From the NCBI GenBank assembly GCA_028534125.1, contig CM052824.1, positions 1,922,001 through 1,986,000 on the forward strand: a DNA stretch of 64,000 nt, given 5' to 3'. Below the pieces are notes generated by a model. That model did no database searches. It worked only from the letters and a program-made list of their open reading frames with translations, and was not told the DNA's origin. The first letter of the stretch is position 1. Each line of letters starts with the position of its first letter. The DNA is from Lama glama. Lineage: Eukaryota. The translations under genes were made by a program, and so were the position numbers. Shown piece after piece: positions 37,579 through 51,777 of the stretch.

Positions 37579-40314
37579 CACAATAAAGAACACACAAACT
37601 AGTATTAAAAGAGCTGATAAAATGGTTTTCTACTTAAAAAAAAAATCCAACTATGGTATTCCATGTAGTGGTGCCTATTCCATTTTTTCAAAAGTTTCAA
37701 ATTTTCAAAGATAAAAAACACGGTTGATGCTTGATTTTAAGTTAGAATCATTTAGGGAAACTGCATCACTTTAAAAACTGCCATGGTTATCTAAATTTTC
37801 ATTCAAATTTTCACCTATGGAAGCCCTTCAGCCTACCCAAAATTTCCCTATTTAAAGATCACTTCTTTTTTATTAATGTATGATGCTTTCAACCATATTG
37901 TCTTTCAGTCAGCCTCAGCCAGATCTTGGCATACCCTGAAGAAACATGAAAGGCGTGTCAATTCTCGTATTTTTAACAAACTTTAAATTCTAACATGTGT
38001 ACGTTAAAGTTCACTCAGTTTACAGATTAAAGACATAGCTACTGTGGAAATGCTTAATTAACTGGGCAGGGGGACACGTTTGTTATGCTACCTGAAGCTG
38101 TATTTTCCATCATGTTTGGATACCCAAAAGTCACAGAGGTCTAAGCCTCTCAGTATCAGAGAGCTTTGAAATCAGATGATTTTTCTTCTTCCCATTAACG
38201 ATACTCCAAAATAATTTTTTAAAAGTTTACACAAGATTAAGACAAGTTTAACAAATGTCAATGCCTTAAAATTTAAATGCAGAAGCTATATTTGTTTTTG
38301 CTTCTCTGTTGGGAGTTTTATACTATTTTCAAAACTGTACCTTTGTTCACTGTAAACTATTCAAGTAGGTTTTCTCTTTTCTGCTCAATTGGTATGTTTT
38401 TGAGAAATGGCTTGGATGTTGCTTTACCATTCTTCAACATGCTGACTAATAAAACAAATTAGTCAAGTAGAATATTGAATACAGGAATAATATTTTACTG
38501 ATAGGGCTAAATCACCAAAAGATTCGATCTACTATACTAGATTGTAAACCGAGGGCAGAAGAGATTTTGCATTACTTATATATGAACTCCTCCTCAGCAA
38601 AGCACCTTGTAAAAAATTAGCATTCAGTGAATCTAGAATTTAAAAACAGGTCACAGGAAACTAGTAAATGAATTTTTTTTAAGTGCTAATATGCACAGGT
38701 TCCAAACCTTACTTGCATAGGAATAACTAGTCATAAAACAATCTGAGAAAATTTATAAAGAAGTGAAATCAAAGAAAGTCTGAGGTTTGAGTAACCTCTT
38801 CAGCTGCCAACTAGAAGCAGGGAATGTGTCAAAAAGAAAAAAAAGCAAACACAAACTCCAAGTATTTCCAATTTTTCTGTATTCAAGTAAATGGAAGAGA
38901 AATACAGAAAAAAGGGGAAAAAATCACAAAATATAGGCATGCCTCAAGGCTTTATGTAACAACAAATTAAGAGGATTTTTTCCTTTCCAAAGTATTTCAG
39001 ACATACTGCTATAAAGTTTGAAGAAAAACAAGCTGATTTTCTAGAGGGAAAGAACACAACTAAAATCAGAAAATGTGAATCTTTGTCTAGACTAACATTA
39101 TTAAATATTTGGTAATAGTTCAATTTTGTTTTATGCAATCTATACATTCTAGAAAAGCTGTGTATAAATAAAATTGTTGAAAAAAGTCACTTGTATAATC
39201 TTTCATTTTTATTTTAAATGTAAATTCTCATGGAAAAAAATTTGTCCTCAACAATACATGGCACAGAAGAACTGTCATGATCTTTTCTATATATATCAAA
39301 ATTTGTCCACTATGATGTTTGGTTCTTACACATTTTAATAGCAGTGGTAAAATAATTTAGCATAATAGTAAGACCTTGTATAGTATTAAATCTATAACCT
39401 TTCTGGCACTTTTACAAGTGAAAAAGCAGACCACCATTATTCTGTAACTGCTCGTTAAAGGAAGTGTTGCACTGACACTTGACAGTAGGTATTCTTTTCC
39501 CACAGTCACTGGGCGTATGGTAAGCATTTCAAATAAAGAGACTCTGTTCTAGTGCAAACATTTATTTCCAAATGATCCTCATGACATTTTTCCTGATTAT
39601 GAAATTAGTATCTTAAAAACCAATTCTTATTTTACTATATAAGTTTATTATTAGCAACTTAGAAATTTATATCCTAATTTAGTCTCTTGCATCTACAATG
39701 TTCATTTTAAAGTTCTGATTCTGCAAAAAGCCTGTTTAGGGAAGTTGGGTTGTTCTTTATGATGATGTCATGATAAATTCTGAGGTGAATTAGCCAGAGA
39801 TTTTGAAATTGATGTCTTGTTAAAGATGGCTCTTCTTTAGCAATAGCTAATATAGAATCTCCAAAAGGGGAACTGTCTAGAAGAAAATAACTTATTCTGC
39901 TTATATAAGGTGTTGGGGTATTTCAAAAGACATCACTGTCCAATACCAAGTTACCAGTTTTAAATTTCCACTCTAAACCAAGTCTCAACCTTTTCTTTTC
40001 CAAGACAAGAGAGCCACAATAGACTTCTACCAACATTGTGGTGATGTGCTCCTAAAGCAATGATTCTTGATGGTAATAGTGGTAGTGAGTTGGGAACAGA
40101 AGGCAGTGGGAATGTCATGTCTCTTAACAAAACATATCCCTTAGCTCAAATTAAGAATGAACTTGTTAACTTCCTCTAATAAATTCAGACTTATTTATAT
40201 TGTACTGCCTTAGAAGTGTTCCAATTCAAGTCTGATTAATCTCTTCTATGAAAAAGAGACACAAACAGTATAAATATTACATTAAACAAGCTTATAAAAA
40301 TCTTTAAAGTTATA

Positions 40315-40399
40315 ATATATATGTGTGTGTGTGTATATACATATACACATGTGTGTGTGTATGTGTGTGTATGTGTATATATATATATACATATATATA
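40315..40399. repeat. Compound (TA/TG/CA)n microsatellite
   Basis: About 85 nt of alternating purine-pyrimidine sequence. Confidence 0.95.
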
Positions 40400-41006
40400 A
40401 ATCATTGAATTACTATACTTACTATATACCCATTCTGTTTTAAAAAACTATTTCTAGGTTGATTTTATGAAAAATATAACAGAACTTATTTATCCAAATG
40501 GATTTCCTCCCTTTCAAAACAGCCACTTGAGACTCCATGCTGCCACTGTCTGAATGGTCTGGAACTATTCTTGGTGACACTTCCTTTAGTCATTTTGAGT
40601 CACATGTGGAAAGAGAGTCATCTAATTTTGAAGCTACAGACAAGCATTCTGAAACAATTCATTTTCACCTTAATTACTACTTGTTTTTCTATTTCAAATA
40701 TAATAAATCTTTCTCCAAAAGACTTATTTGCCATCATCATTATTATTTAAAAAGCATTACACAGCTTTAGGAGCTCTTGTAATTTTTTATTTTAGCAACA
40801 GGTATATCACTGAAAGACAAATATTGCCTCTTGATATGACTACTTTGCACTAAATAAGTTCTGATCATTAAGTTTGTTTAAAAACACAAAACAGTACACT
40901 AAAGTCATATTATAGTCTTAATGACAGACTGTAGTTTGCATAAAATCTTTTATAAGTTCTAAAGTTATTAACCTAAAATGTTTTTCTAGTAAAAAACACT
41001 ACTTAC

Positions 41007-41099
41007 TGAAGCTCTTGTTTCTGCAGCTTTTGCCTTTTTCAGTCTGGTTTTTGCAGCATCCAAATCCAGTCTCTTATTTTGTAATAGTTTTCTTTCTTT
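41007..41099 (-). CDS. SH3GLB1: SH3GLB1 exon 5, KERKLLQNKRLDLDAAKTRLKKAKAAETRAS
   Basis: 93 nt, not in the ORF track. Acceptor tatag|AAA, donor TCA|gtaagt. Contains the BAR motif RLDLDAAK. Confidence 0.96.
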
Positions 41100-41335
41100 C
41101 TATAAATATAGGAAAGAAAAATAAAAGTCTAATGATGCTAAAATCCAGGAGGAACAAATACATTTAAAGTATTATTTCAAATGAATCATCTGATAAGCAA
41201 AGACCTATGATTACAGATGGCTATAAAGTGGCCATTCAGGTTTCCTGACTCCTTTTTCTCACTATTTCCAATTTTAAAATAACAGACATTCTAGATATCT
41301 GGTAGAAACAAAGGAATATTACTTTTAATATTTTG

Positions 41336-41520
41336 TGATTTTTGCCCCCAGGGCACACCTGGTAATTATCTTCTTGGCTGTCACAACCAGGGGGAGGGAT
41401 GTTACTGGCATTTACTGGGTAGAAGCCAGGGATGCTACTAACCATCCTACAGTGCAGTATAGCTTCTAGAGCAAAGAATTATTCCACCTACAATGTTAGT
41501 GGTGCTCAGGTGGAAGAGCT
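41336..41520. mobile_element. MER20 (hAT-Charlie MITE)
   Basis: 'gatttttgcccccagggcaca...gttactggcatttactgggtagaagccagggatgctactaaccatcctacagtgca...aaagaattattcc'. Confidence 0.85.
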
Positions 41521-42028
41521 ATTTCAGTCTGTACAGATAAGCTAGAAAGTGCCTTTGGTGAAAGAGGCAGGGGCCCCAGGGCAAAGCTCCTTTATAACAG
41601 GTAAGTTTAAAAGAATTCACTGTTTGCTTTATTAATTGTTAGATTTCACATATCAAATTTCATCCTACTGACAATCTAATATTTTTTCAATCATATTTTA
41701 TCTTTGTGGTTTTCCCTTTATCTCAGGTCAACTACTTTTTATTCAGAGACAAATTCACTGTAAACATATTTAGCTTCTACAATGTTTTGTAATAGAAAAT
41801 CTGCAAATTAAATTTGAAGTAGTATTCACAATAAAGAGCAGTCTTGGCAAAAATCTTAGGAAAAATATATCCACCTAAATCTCCTCTCCATCACTTAAAA
41901 AACAAACTACACTGAAAATAAAGCCTAATACAGCTACAATGTCATTAATAAGAGGGCAAATTATTCATTAAAAACTATAAATATATATCTAAATTATTTT
42001 AGTAAAAAATGAACATTTTCCAACTCAC

Positions 42029-42162
42029 AGCAATTGTTTTGTAATCTCCTTCTATAAAGTTTCTTAAAGGAGTGAGGAAATTTAAGGCTGATGTTTGTAT
42101 CAGCTCTCTGTCTGCAGTTCCAATTCGTTTTTGTGTTTCTCCACATTTAATAAGGGCATTAC
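42029..42162 (-). CDS. SH3GLB1: SH3GLB1 exon 4, (G)NALIKCGETQKRIGTADRELIQTSALNFLTPLRNFIEGDYKTIA (BAR domain)
   Basis: 134 nt. Acceptor ctttgcag|GT, donor GCT|gtgagt. The peptide matches endophilin B1. Confidence 0.97.
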
Positions 42163-42789
42163 CTGCAAAGGAGAAAAGTTTTTTTTTTTTTCTAACCATT
42201 ATCTGGTAATGTCAGAATATAAAATCATGTTAAGATAAATTAGCAATTTGATCTACTTTAAAGTTAGCTGTTACTTGTTTACTTAAGTAAAAGTCAAATA
42301 AAATTAACTGTAGTTAAGGTAGTTTTACTTCGAAAGTAAACTTAAGATTATAAATATCTAAATAAAATGACAAAGATGAAATCCTTATCATAGTTACTTG
42401 TACCAATTCTACCAATGGGGCAAAAGAGGACAGATACACTAAAAAATATTTATGGTCACAGCTCAAATAGCGTGGGTATGTTCTATAAGAGTATAATGCT
42501 TAAAATATGTTAGTAAGTAGATGAAATCAAAAATTTTTGTTTCTATATTTATGCACTTATCTCAAGTGTCTATAAATTGTATATATTTGCATCTTAAGTT
42601 AAAAAAAATCCATGTTTTATAGCACATATACCCTAACATTTGAATAGGATAAGTTCAGTGGAAAACAGACTAAAAGAAAGAGAACCACATGCCTGGTTCT
42701 CCATCTAGTTCTACCTTTAATAGTCTCTAGTTCTGTGGATCTTAATGCCTCCATGTTAGACTGAGATTAGAGCGGATTGGTAAGGGAGG

Positions 42790-43030
42790 TAATAATATAA
42801 TGTAATAGTTAAGAGCTCAATTTCTGGATACAGATCTACATTTGAATTACTAGCTGTGTGATCATGGATGAATTATGTAACCTCTCTAAGACTCAGTTTC
42901 CTTGTCTTTACACAGATATCAGAATTTACATTACAAGTAGGATTTAAGTGAGGATTTACTGAATAAATCTATTTGTTATACAGTGCTTAATCCAATGCCT
43001 GAAATACTCAATTGTTAGCTATTATCAATT
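42790..43030 (+). mobile_element. MIR SINE
   Basis: 'tactagctgtgtgatcatgg...aacctctctaagactcagtttcct...tgttagctattat'. Confidence 0.8.
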
Positions 43031-44256
43031 ACTATATAAATAGATTCACAGAGCTCAATTCCAATAATCAGGGTACATTCAATGGAATTATCAGATGTGC
43101 AAACAGATTAAGCATACTAAAAAGGAAAAAACTTAGAAGCAAATGTTCATGCTCTACTTGGCCTTCGGCTTGGGTCTCTGTGACACCAGCATCTGAGTCT
43201 GCTACAAGCAGGCGATAACAAGTCTGTTCAATGTATTAGGTTTTTCTAAAATGATAGATAAAATCTAGAAATAAAACTATAGAAATTTTAAGCATTTTCA
43301 GACTTCTGAAAGAATTACATTCTGAAGAACACAATGTAAAAGATTCAAAGTTACACATCTATACGCTGCCAGTCAAGGAATTAATGGCATTCATTACACA
43401 GTACTTAGGTTATTTCCTTTTGACATAAAGACTACTAAAACCTAAAGTTCATTTAGTCTCAGAATTTTTGAGCTCTTTCATAAATCAGGACTGTGTGTGT
43501 AGAAAATTATTTAATTTACCTATCATTTCAAATCCAAATAAGGACCAATCTCCCATGGAAGTCTTAATAAGAATTATTTTAGTCATGAACAAAAGGAAAA
43601 AGAAGCCATATAAATCTGAAATAGCCTTATGTTCTGAGAAAATTAGATTTGAGGGATAATGATGTATAACTGAGCTTCAGAGTTATCCATTTAAAGAGTC
43701 ACTATAGCAACTAACAAAGCTAGCATAACTGTAAAATATGATTATAGAAAATTTAAACTATGAGGAAAATAGAAATAAAATGTCACCCAAACATCCAGAG
43801 ATAACTACTGTTAACATTTTTGTGGCACTTTTATTAGTTATGTAATGAAAGCGCTAGTGATTTGTTCAAACACTTAGTATGTGCCAGGTGTTTTATTACA
43901 GAAATAAGTAAGTCCTCAAGAAAGCTTAAAAACACAACCACCACCACCAGAGGAGAAAAATATCAACAAATTGCAATATATCACAAGTACAACAGAGGTG
44001 CTGCAGGATTCAATGGAAATACAAGTGAAGAATTTGACTTTTTAGACCTAAAAGATAATGTACATTCTCAGAATAACGTATCTTAAATACATTAAATACT
44101 CAATCGTACTTATTTAACGTTCACCTACATTGCTCGCTTCATCCAAAATTTTAACATGAAAATTTTGATTTTGTAATTGATCTTCCTAATATTAGGTAAA
44201 TGTTAAGGATACCTTTACTTGTGGATTTTTACTACTGACAGACATCTCTTAGCAGA

Positions 44257-44420
44257 NNNNNNNNNNNNNNNNNNNNNNNNNNNNNNNNNNNNNNNNNNNN
44301 NNNNNNNNNNNNNNNNNNNNNNNNNNNNNNNNNNNNNNNNNNNNNNNNNNNNNNNNNNNNNNNNNNNNNNNNNNNNNNNNNNNNNNNNNNNNNNNNNNNN
44401 NNNNNNNNNNNNNNNNNNNN
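44257..44420 (-). other. SH3GLB1: N-gap (164 nt) at the expected position of SH3GLB1 exon 3 (about 129 nt, ARIEEFVYEK...GPGTAY)
   Basis: I did not find exon 3 in the called sequence. The gap fits in size and order. Exon 1 ends in phase 0 and exon 4 starts in phase 1, which needs 3n+1 missing coding nt (142+129=271). Confidence 0.6.
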
Positions 44421-47089
44421 CAAATTACTGATGATTTTAAAAAGCAAAACTATTTAAAAGATTGTTTTGTTCTATTAGCCATTTATCACCTTATGAAATA
44501 AATATGAAATTAGTATGCTTTCTAGTACATACCTTAATATATAATTTTTTTCATTTGTATGTTAGAGTATTATATAGCTCTAAGAAACTTGTAGAAATCT
44601 GATAAAACATTTTGGCACAAAAATACTTTAAAATATAGTAAAACTATTATGAGTATTTTATAGGATTTTAAGTTCCAGAAAAGGATTGGTACTCATTTAC
44701 TATCTAGTGAATTTGCCTCTGCCCCATTCATATAATGTCTAACTTTTCATGTATTTCACAATTTTAAAATCAGGGATTTCCAGTTATAAAAATATGCCTT
44801 TAAGGCACCTAAAGAACCAAAAGACTCACATACTTTTGATGCTATTATTGTGCTTTTGTTTGCTCACATACTCAGTTCTCCCTCCTAGGGACTAAATATT
44901 GGGAGTTTAAGGAAATGAACAATCCAGGCTTGGAATAGTCTACAGAGATTAGCAATATGATCCCTTGGCTTAATTTTATATAATTAAGCTTCAAGTATAT
45001 CTGAGCATGTAGTCACTTAAAAAATTTCACCATTAAAAATAAGTTTAAAAAACAAAAAGTTAAAAGCAATAATAGAAATTAGCATAAATGGGAAGGAAAA
45101 AAATTGGTAAAATCCAAATAAACACTTGGTTACCATAATATTTAAGAAATTTACATTTACATTGTTGCCTAACAATGAGGTATTTCAGAGACAAATAAGA
45201 AAAAAGTCAACGTTTCCAGAAATGATGATTAAACATACACATAAATTAAAATTACAATCCAAAAAGAAGTAAGTTAAACAGGTTCCTTCTAAGCATCTTA
45301 CAGAATTCCTCCACAAGAGAAAGTCTCACATAATGTATTGCAAATATCAAAAAGAAGCTGAGCCACTAACAGAAACACTTCAGGAAACGGCAAAAGTGTT
45401 AATTATAATACATAAAATAGGCTGTTGGAACAATACTTGCTTTTGTGGTAAACTCTGCTGCAGCACCAGAAGAGCTTTTAAGGAGGAATTTAAAAAACTT
45501 TTATATTAGTTAAAACCAAAATGAATCAGTTAAAAACATAACCACTCAGAAGATGTTAACTAAATTTAAGAATTTCATTTTCTGATTGTGAGAGTGATTC
45601 TTATCTTTGCTGCTTGTCTACTTATTTAATCTAAAGTTTAAAGTTGAATCCCATGTTGATTTCATTCAGTTAAAAAATTGGTGTATTTAAAATAAAGGTT
45701 TCATTTCACCAGGGCATCAACAGGCCATAATAAAATCTTAGCAAAAAATGCAGGCAATTAATCTACAACGCAATATATGTTTCTGAAAAACCCTAGGTTC
45801 TGGAAAATCATACACTAAAAGTAACAGGCTTATAGGAAAAAAAACGTTGGGTCTTTTCTCTCAAAATCTGTTAACTTTACAATGAGAGCACAAATAAAAC
45901 ACAAAAATAATTCTGTTTCTACTTCAGACTTAAAACAGTAATGCAAAATTTTATATAAGCCACTGTAACTTCTTTCCACTGATACCATTCCCGTTCACCA
46001 GTGAGCTGATCTGCCACTCACAAAAACATACTGTAGAATAGACTACATATTTGAGGGAAATATGGATAGAGCAAAGAACAAAAGAAAAAACATCTACTAC
46101 TTTCTTTCCTTTTTTTTTCTTTCTTTCTTTCTTTTCTTTTAGGCACCATGGTATGTAATTTAAGTAGCCTTAAATGAGTAAGAAATAACACATGGCATCC
46201 AAAGACAACAGGCCTCACTCACAGTGTAAAAGGACTATTTTAAAAAATCACCACAATTTAACTAAAATGGCAAAGAATTACGAATATTTTGTACAGTCCT
46301 TGAGGTTTATGTAATAGCAACAAAGTTTAAAGCTTGGAACTTTAAATTAGTACCTGAAAGTTACTGAAAGCATTTCACAACATGGTCACAGTACCACTGA
46401 GGGGCAAGGGGAAGGAGAGCAGGCGTTGTTACTGCTGCCTCTGTCCTTCAGTTTTGATATGTAAAGCTCAGTGAAAAGACTGGGTTTTCCCATGTATATT
46501 CATACATATATAGTTATTTATATGTAAATACACCTGGTTCTAGTTCAAGTTCCACTTTTAATTAGATATGCCACATTGAACAAAATGGCTAACTTGTGAG
46601 TTTTAATAAACAATCATTGTATACCTTATTTGGAAGGTTATTGAGTTAGGTGACCTGAAAAGCCTTACCATGTTGTCTGAAAATCAAATGGAATAATTTA
46701 TGTAAAAATAAAACTTCACATAAATAGTTGGTAACTAAGTTTTTATATAATTTTTCCTTGATTATTTAGGGATAATTCTTCCCTGGTTGAGAAAGGAAGA
46801 TTAATTTATCTTTGCAGTCCTTCACAACTCTTCAAATTCAAAGTTGTTGCCTGAAATTGAGCTTTCAAGGGGATTCTACAAAGGTCTGAAAAACGTTATT
46901 TGTCAATTTGTTAGAGGGTACACAACGAAGTGTATGTCACCCTCTTCACAAAACACACACATACAAAATAACTAGACTCCAAAGGCATAAACAAAAAATG
47001 TTTTCCAATAGACATTAAAACTTAAAAAGAACCCCAACATTTAAAAATCTATTAACAGTGCCTTTTAATAGGATTAGTCAATAATGTAC

Positions 47090-47277
47090 NNNNNNNNNNN
47101 NNNNNNNNNNNNNNNNNNNNNNNNNNNNNNNNNNNNNNNNNNNNNNNNNNNNNNNNNNNNNNNNNNNNNNNNNNNNNNNNNNNNNNNNNNNNNNNNNNNN
47201 NNNNNNNNNNNNNNNNNNNNNNNNNNNNNNNNNNNNNNNNNNNNNNNNNNNNNNNNNNNNNNNNNNNNNNNNNNNNN
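47090..47277 (-). other. SH3GLB1: N-gap (188 nt) at the expected position of SH3GLB1 exon 2 (about 142 nt, FTEEKLGQ...LLQPNP)
   Basis: I did not find exon 2 in the called sequence between exons 1 and 4. Gap size and order fit, and a minus-strand GT (47089-47088) abuts the gap. Inference only. Confidence 0.6.
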
Positions 47278-47564
47278 AAAATTAAATATACCCCAAATAC
47301 ATTTTAGGAATTATATCAATAATTAAAAAGAAAACTCAAATCCAAACAACCCTGGACATATAATTGTAAACTGTCACATATGAATGCCACTTTTTTTGTC
47401 CCTCTGGTAGTTTATCCATACCTCCTTTGCGGCACTTAGGATAATCCTATCCCATAGTTAATAGAGCTCCTTAGTTCTGCTAAAATGTCTGGTGTGAATG
47501 CTATAGAAAGTTCAGCATACTGCCCTGTATATACAGTATATAAATTTCTTACATGTAAAGGTAG

Positions 47565-47780
47565 ACAGCACAGTGGTAAGGAGTAAAATCTTTGAGTCTG
47601 CTGGGTCTGAATTCAAATCCTGATTGCACTGCTAACTGTGTGACTTGAGTAAGCATTTGAATATTTTTTCCTTAGGTATCTTCTATTACAAAAGACAGAC
47701 AATACATATCTTACAGTGCTTTAAAAATTAAGTAAGGGTATCTATGTAAATCACTTTGTTCAGTGTCTCGTAACTACTAT
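47565..47780 (+). mobile_element. MIR SINE
   Basis: 'gcacagtggtaagg...ttcaaatcctg...ctgtgtgacttgagtaag'. Confidence 0.7.
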
Positions 47781-48949
47781 TCAGAACTTAAAAAGGGCTG
47801 TGTATGCTTAACATGGCTTTGCTTCACTGGCACTTTAATCGCACCTGGTTTAGACAGGCTTTTATGGGATGTTCTGGAAAACTATCATTTAAGCTGTTTC
47901 TTCAAAATATGTTTCAGTAATTGTTTATAGACTAATTTTTGGAACACATCCTATTCATACTACAGAGGCATCTTTTAAAGATCACAAAATGTAGTTAAAT
48001 ATACTCAACATATCAATTTTTATTATCTTGAATGTACTGGTTTTTGAAGAAAGGCAGTATTGCCCATACAATAACAAAGAGGTAAAATATTTCTGTGTAG
48101 ATTTTATAGAGACTTCTGGACACTTTTAATTAAATACTAGAAGCAATGACTCAGGCTGTTTATCACACATAATTTTCCTTTAGAGTATGTGGTTCCCCCC
48201 ATTATAACACAGGTAAGTCACTAGCACTAACTCTATACTCACTAGTCATGACTCATTTCTGGCTAACAAAATATAATGTTTACCTTGCTTTTTTTCTCTC
48301 TCATTTCTTAAAGTATCTTCTGCACCTCTATTTTTCTGAGTTTTATTATCTGTTTCTTTCAGTATCCTTCTTGGTCTAATACTTTCAATTGATTATCAGT
48401 TAGCACTTTTTGCTGAAAGGTCCTTAAGAATGTTATTCTTAGACTTCTGGTACAGCCCCCACTGAGGGTCTTGTTCAAGGCCTAGAAACAACAGCTTCAA
48501 CAGCTTTTGTAAAGCTTTAGTTCTTTTAGAGACTGGTCTGTAGCCAAGTTCTGACCCAATGGGTGGGACTGAGAATAGCAGTTCCAAAGCTATTGCCTAA
48601 CCCATAAACTTGCAGTGTATTGTAACTGAGGATAGGAGGGGCATCAGATAAAAGATCAAAACCCAGATCGCAAGGTCAGCTGGGTAACTATGCAATCTAA
48701 TTCTTAAGAGAGAATGCTGGTATTCTTTGCAGATCCCTAAAAATTCTAACAAACAGACCTCCCAAAGACACACATTAGAATTTTACATGTTTGAAGTCTA
48801 CCTCCCATGCTTAAATAGATTATCTCCCAGATAAAGCAACCAAGAGGACAGAAAGAAAGGAATACACCCAAGTGAATATCATCTATAAAGATGATCTACC
48901 AGTAGAGAAAAATTCTTCACTTAGCTCCTTAGTAAGAAAGTATGTCTAT

Positions 48950-49450
48950 TTTTTTGTTCATTTGTTCCTTCAACAAATATTTATTAAGCACCTGCATATG
49001 TGTTAGGCATTATTCTAAGCATGTGGGTTTCAGCAGCCAAAACACAGACAAGGCTTCTGCTCTAAAGAATCTTAGAGTTTAATAGGGAAGACAGACAACA
49101 AACAAGTACATAAATAACTTGACAATAAGGATATAGAGATAAAAAGATGGTGGAGAGAGGACCAACATAGGTGGTCTTACTGTCTCTTGATCCAGTGACT
49201 GAATGATTAACTGAGTGAATCAATGTATTCAAGTGTAGGGGAAGGAAGAGCTCATTCTGCAGGTAAAGTGGGGAGCAGGAGACTTAGAGAAGGCTTCATA
49301 ACGGGAAGGATTTGCAATCTGGGCCTGGAAGAGGGAGTGAGAGTTTGAGAGTATAAGATGTGGATGGTTGGAGAAAAAGCCTCTCTGAGCAGGTAACGAC
49401 TCGCCTGAGACTGATAAGAAATGAGCTACCTAAAGACCTAAGGGAAGAGT
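48950..49450 (-). mobile_element. L2 fragment(s)
   Basis: 'ttcaacaaatatttattaagcacctgcatatgtgttaggcattattctaagc'. Confidence 0.7.
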
Positions 49451-51777
49451 ATGGAGTCCTCTGACCTAAATTCCAGTTGTAATTCTAGAGGATCGTAAGC
49501 ACCACTTTTATGCATATTAAGTATTAAGTGTTTTGTAGACATTCTTAATTTATATATAACAACCAAAAACAGATTAGTACAATTATCAATAGGTTCACAA
49601 TTTAAAAATCAGTATTTATTAAGTTAGTCATTGTGCAAGGCACTCTGCTAAGAACTAGAAGATATGGTCTCTTTTACAGGAGAGCTAAATGAAAAATATT
49701 TTTTATATGAACAGTATAAACCTACAGGTCAATTTTTTTTTTTAGTATATGAAGTCACACTGAGCTTAATTTAATGGATAGTTTAGAAAAGCACTAGAAT
49801 TAAAGGTATAGGCTAGAAATTACTTAAAAGATGTTTATAAACACTGATTAAAGAAATAGTCACTGAGTTTATCTTACACTAGGTTAGGTTTTGGGGCAAG
49901 TTTTCTCCAAAAAATATTTCAGACCAACAATTAGTTAATTATTTGGAAAATAAAACTTTTCAATCTTCAGGTCAAAAGGCCTGTTTGTGTAATTATTTAA
50001 TATTTTCTTTGTGATTCTCATGACATTACCTTACTAGTATCTCATTTTATAAATTTAGTGAAAAAAGACAAAGCGTGTCAATGTGTAACAGAGCAAAGCT
50101 GAATATTTGCAACAAGCCATGTACTTATATGAGTCTGAGCAAGGAACAGAAAATATGTGAAACAACCAGAACAGTAAGGACCCCTTAAGTATGAGTGAGA
50201 CAGAGTCTGATTATAGATAGAAAATAGTTGTTCTGTAGGAAGGCCCACAGGAGCAATGTATTTAAGTACCAGTAATAAAATCTACCTGATGTTTACTTGC
50301 ACTTTCTGATACTGAAAAACAATTGTTGTGCATTTTACATCAAATAGTAAAAAAAAAAAAATCTTGTTATATAGGTAAGAATCGTAACTTTAGTGATGAA
50401 GAAGTTGAGGTTCAGAATGGTTTAAAATTTTCTCAGAGGCTTCAGTGTTGGGATTAAATTTCGTATCTGTTTGAATCATACTTTTATTACACTATACTAG
50501 CCTTCTAGTAAATACTTGATTTCAAGCAATTAATATTTTCTATCACCATTATCTAAATATAGTCTGTGCTTCCTTGCCCCAGTGTCTCTGTTCATAGTAC
50601 TTTGGTTAGCTGTACCCTACAGCCCACCTCTGCTTCCTACATGATATTCAATCATCATCAAATTAAGGGCAACTTTAATCCTAGCTAGAATAAACCAAAA
50701 AAGGGAGGGAGATTTAAGAGCATTGCTAATGTTATCATGTATTTAAGTTGAAATTACAAATTTAAATTTTATTAAATGAATAATTGTAAAAGACATATTT
50801 CCCATGATTTTATCATTGTAGGGACTTAAGGATTTTTCCCTTGTTAATCACAAGGTTTGACATGTTAAGATAACAGATAACTTACAGAAAATGATGAGTT
50901 ATATCAACTAAATTAAGAATTACTAATCAACGATATTTACAGAGAACACATTTTTTCTTCTGCTGTTATGTGAGATATATAATAAGCATATGACATGGTT
51001 CTTGCCCTCAAGGATTTTATGATCTTGACAACATCACCTAACCACAAATACAAAATTATAATAATGGTATATTTTTCAGAAGGACAAAAGGCTTACTCTT
51101 TCTTCAAGAAAAAAAAAAGGATCCCTTTCCTAATTAAATTTTAAATTTTACCCTAAAAATTATAGTTTTCAACATCTTTAAGTCCAAAATCATTACTGAC
51201 TTTGTAGTCTCTTGGTGATAATAGCTGTTTATTATAAACCACAGTTGATTTTAAGCATGTATTTTAATGAATATACAGTCACACTATTTAACAATTATAT
51301 TAAAAACTTTGGTGAAAACAAGCTACAATGAAAGTCAGAATGTAAATAACTAACTCATAGAAATCCAAACCCAATGTTCTCTAAAATGTAATCTCTTGTA
51401 CTAGTCTTTCATAATGTTTCATCAGTAATACAGCAAAATGACTGGAGAACAGGAAGTTTTAACTTTTCTATTTTCTCTAACATTGCTTTAAGAAAAGGAC
51501 TGTCTTTGAGCCAGCCACATTATGCCAGGCACTGTAGTCCCTCCTTTACTGTAAGATAGGCATGTAGCCTACAGTAGGAAATAAGGAGCCTGGATTCCAA
51601 ACCCTGTTTTACTGAAAAAAGTTAAAAGGCTGTGTGATCAAAAATGTCTATTTAATATAAACTCTAACCATCAATTCCTTGGGTAAAGTAATAGTTTAAA
51701 AGTAACCTAAACTTCTTGGGAATAAATGTATAATACAAATTCTGAATGTATTAGTAAACAGTAAAGTAGATTCTTCT

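Noticed and set aside
31706-41006. Other GTAAG donor-like motifs in these introns (about 35951, 36272, 38709, 40417)
   Set aside because: I saw no convincing nearby acceptor, and such motifs are expected by chance at this AT content.
42278-42340. Cluster of short palindromes upstream of exon 4 (tttacttaagtaaa, ttaactgtagttaa, tttacttcgaaagtaaa)
   Set aside because: Arms of 6-7 bp in very AT-rich DNA are compatible with chance.
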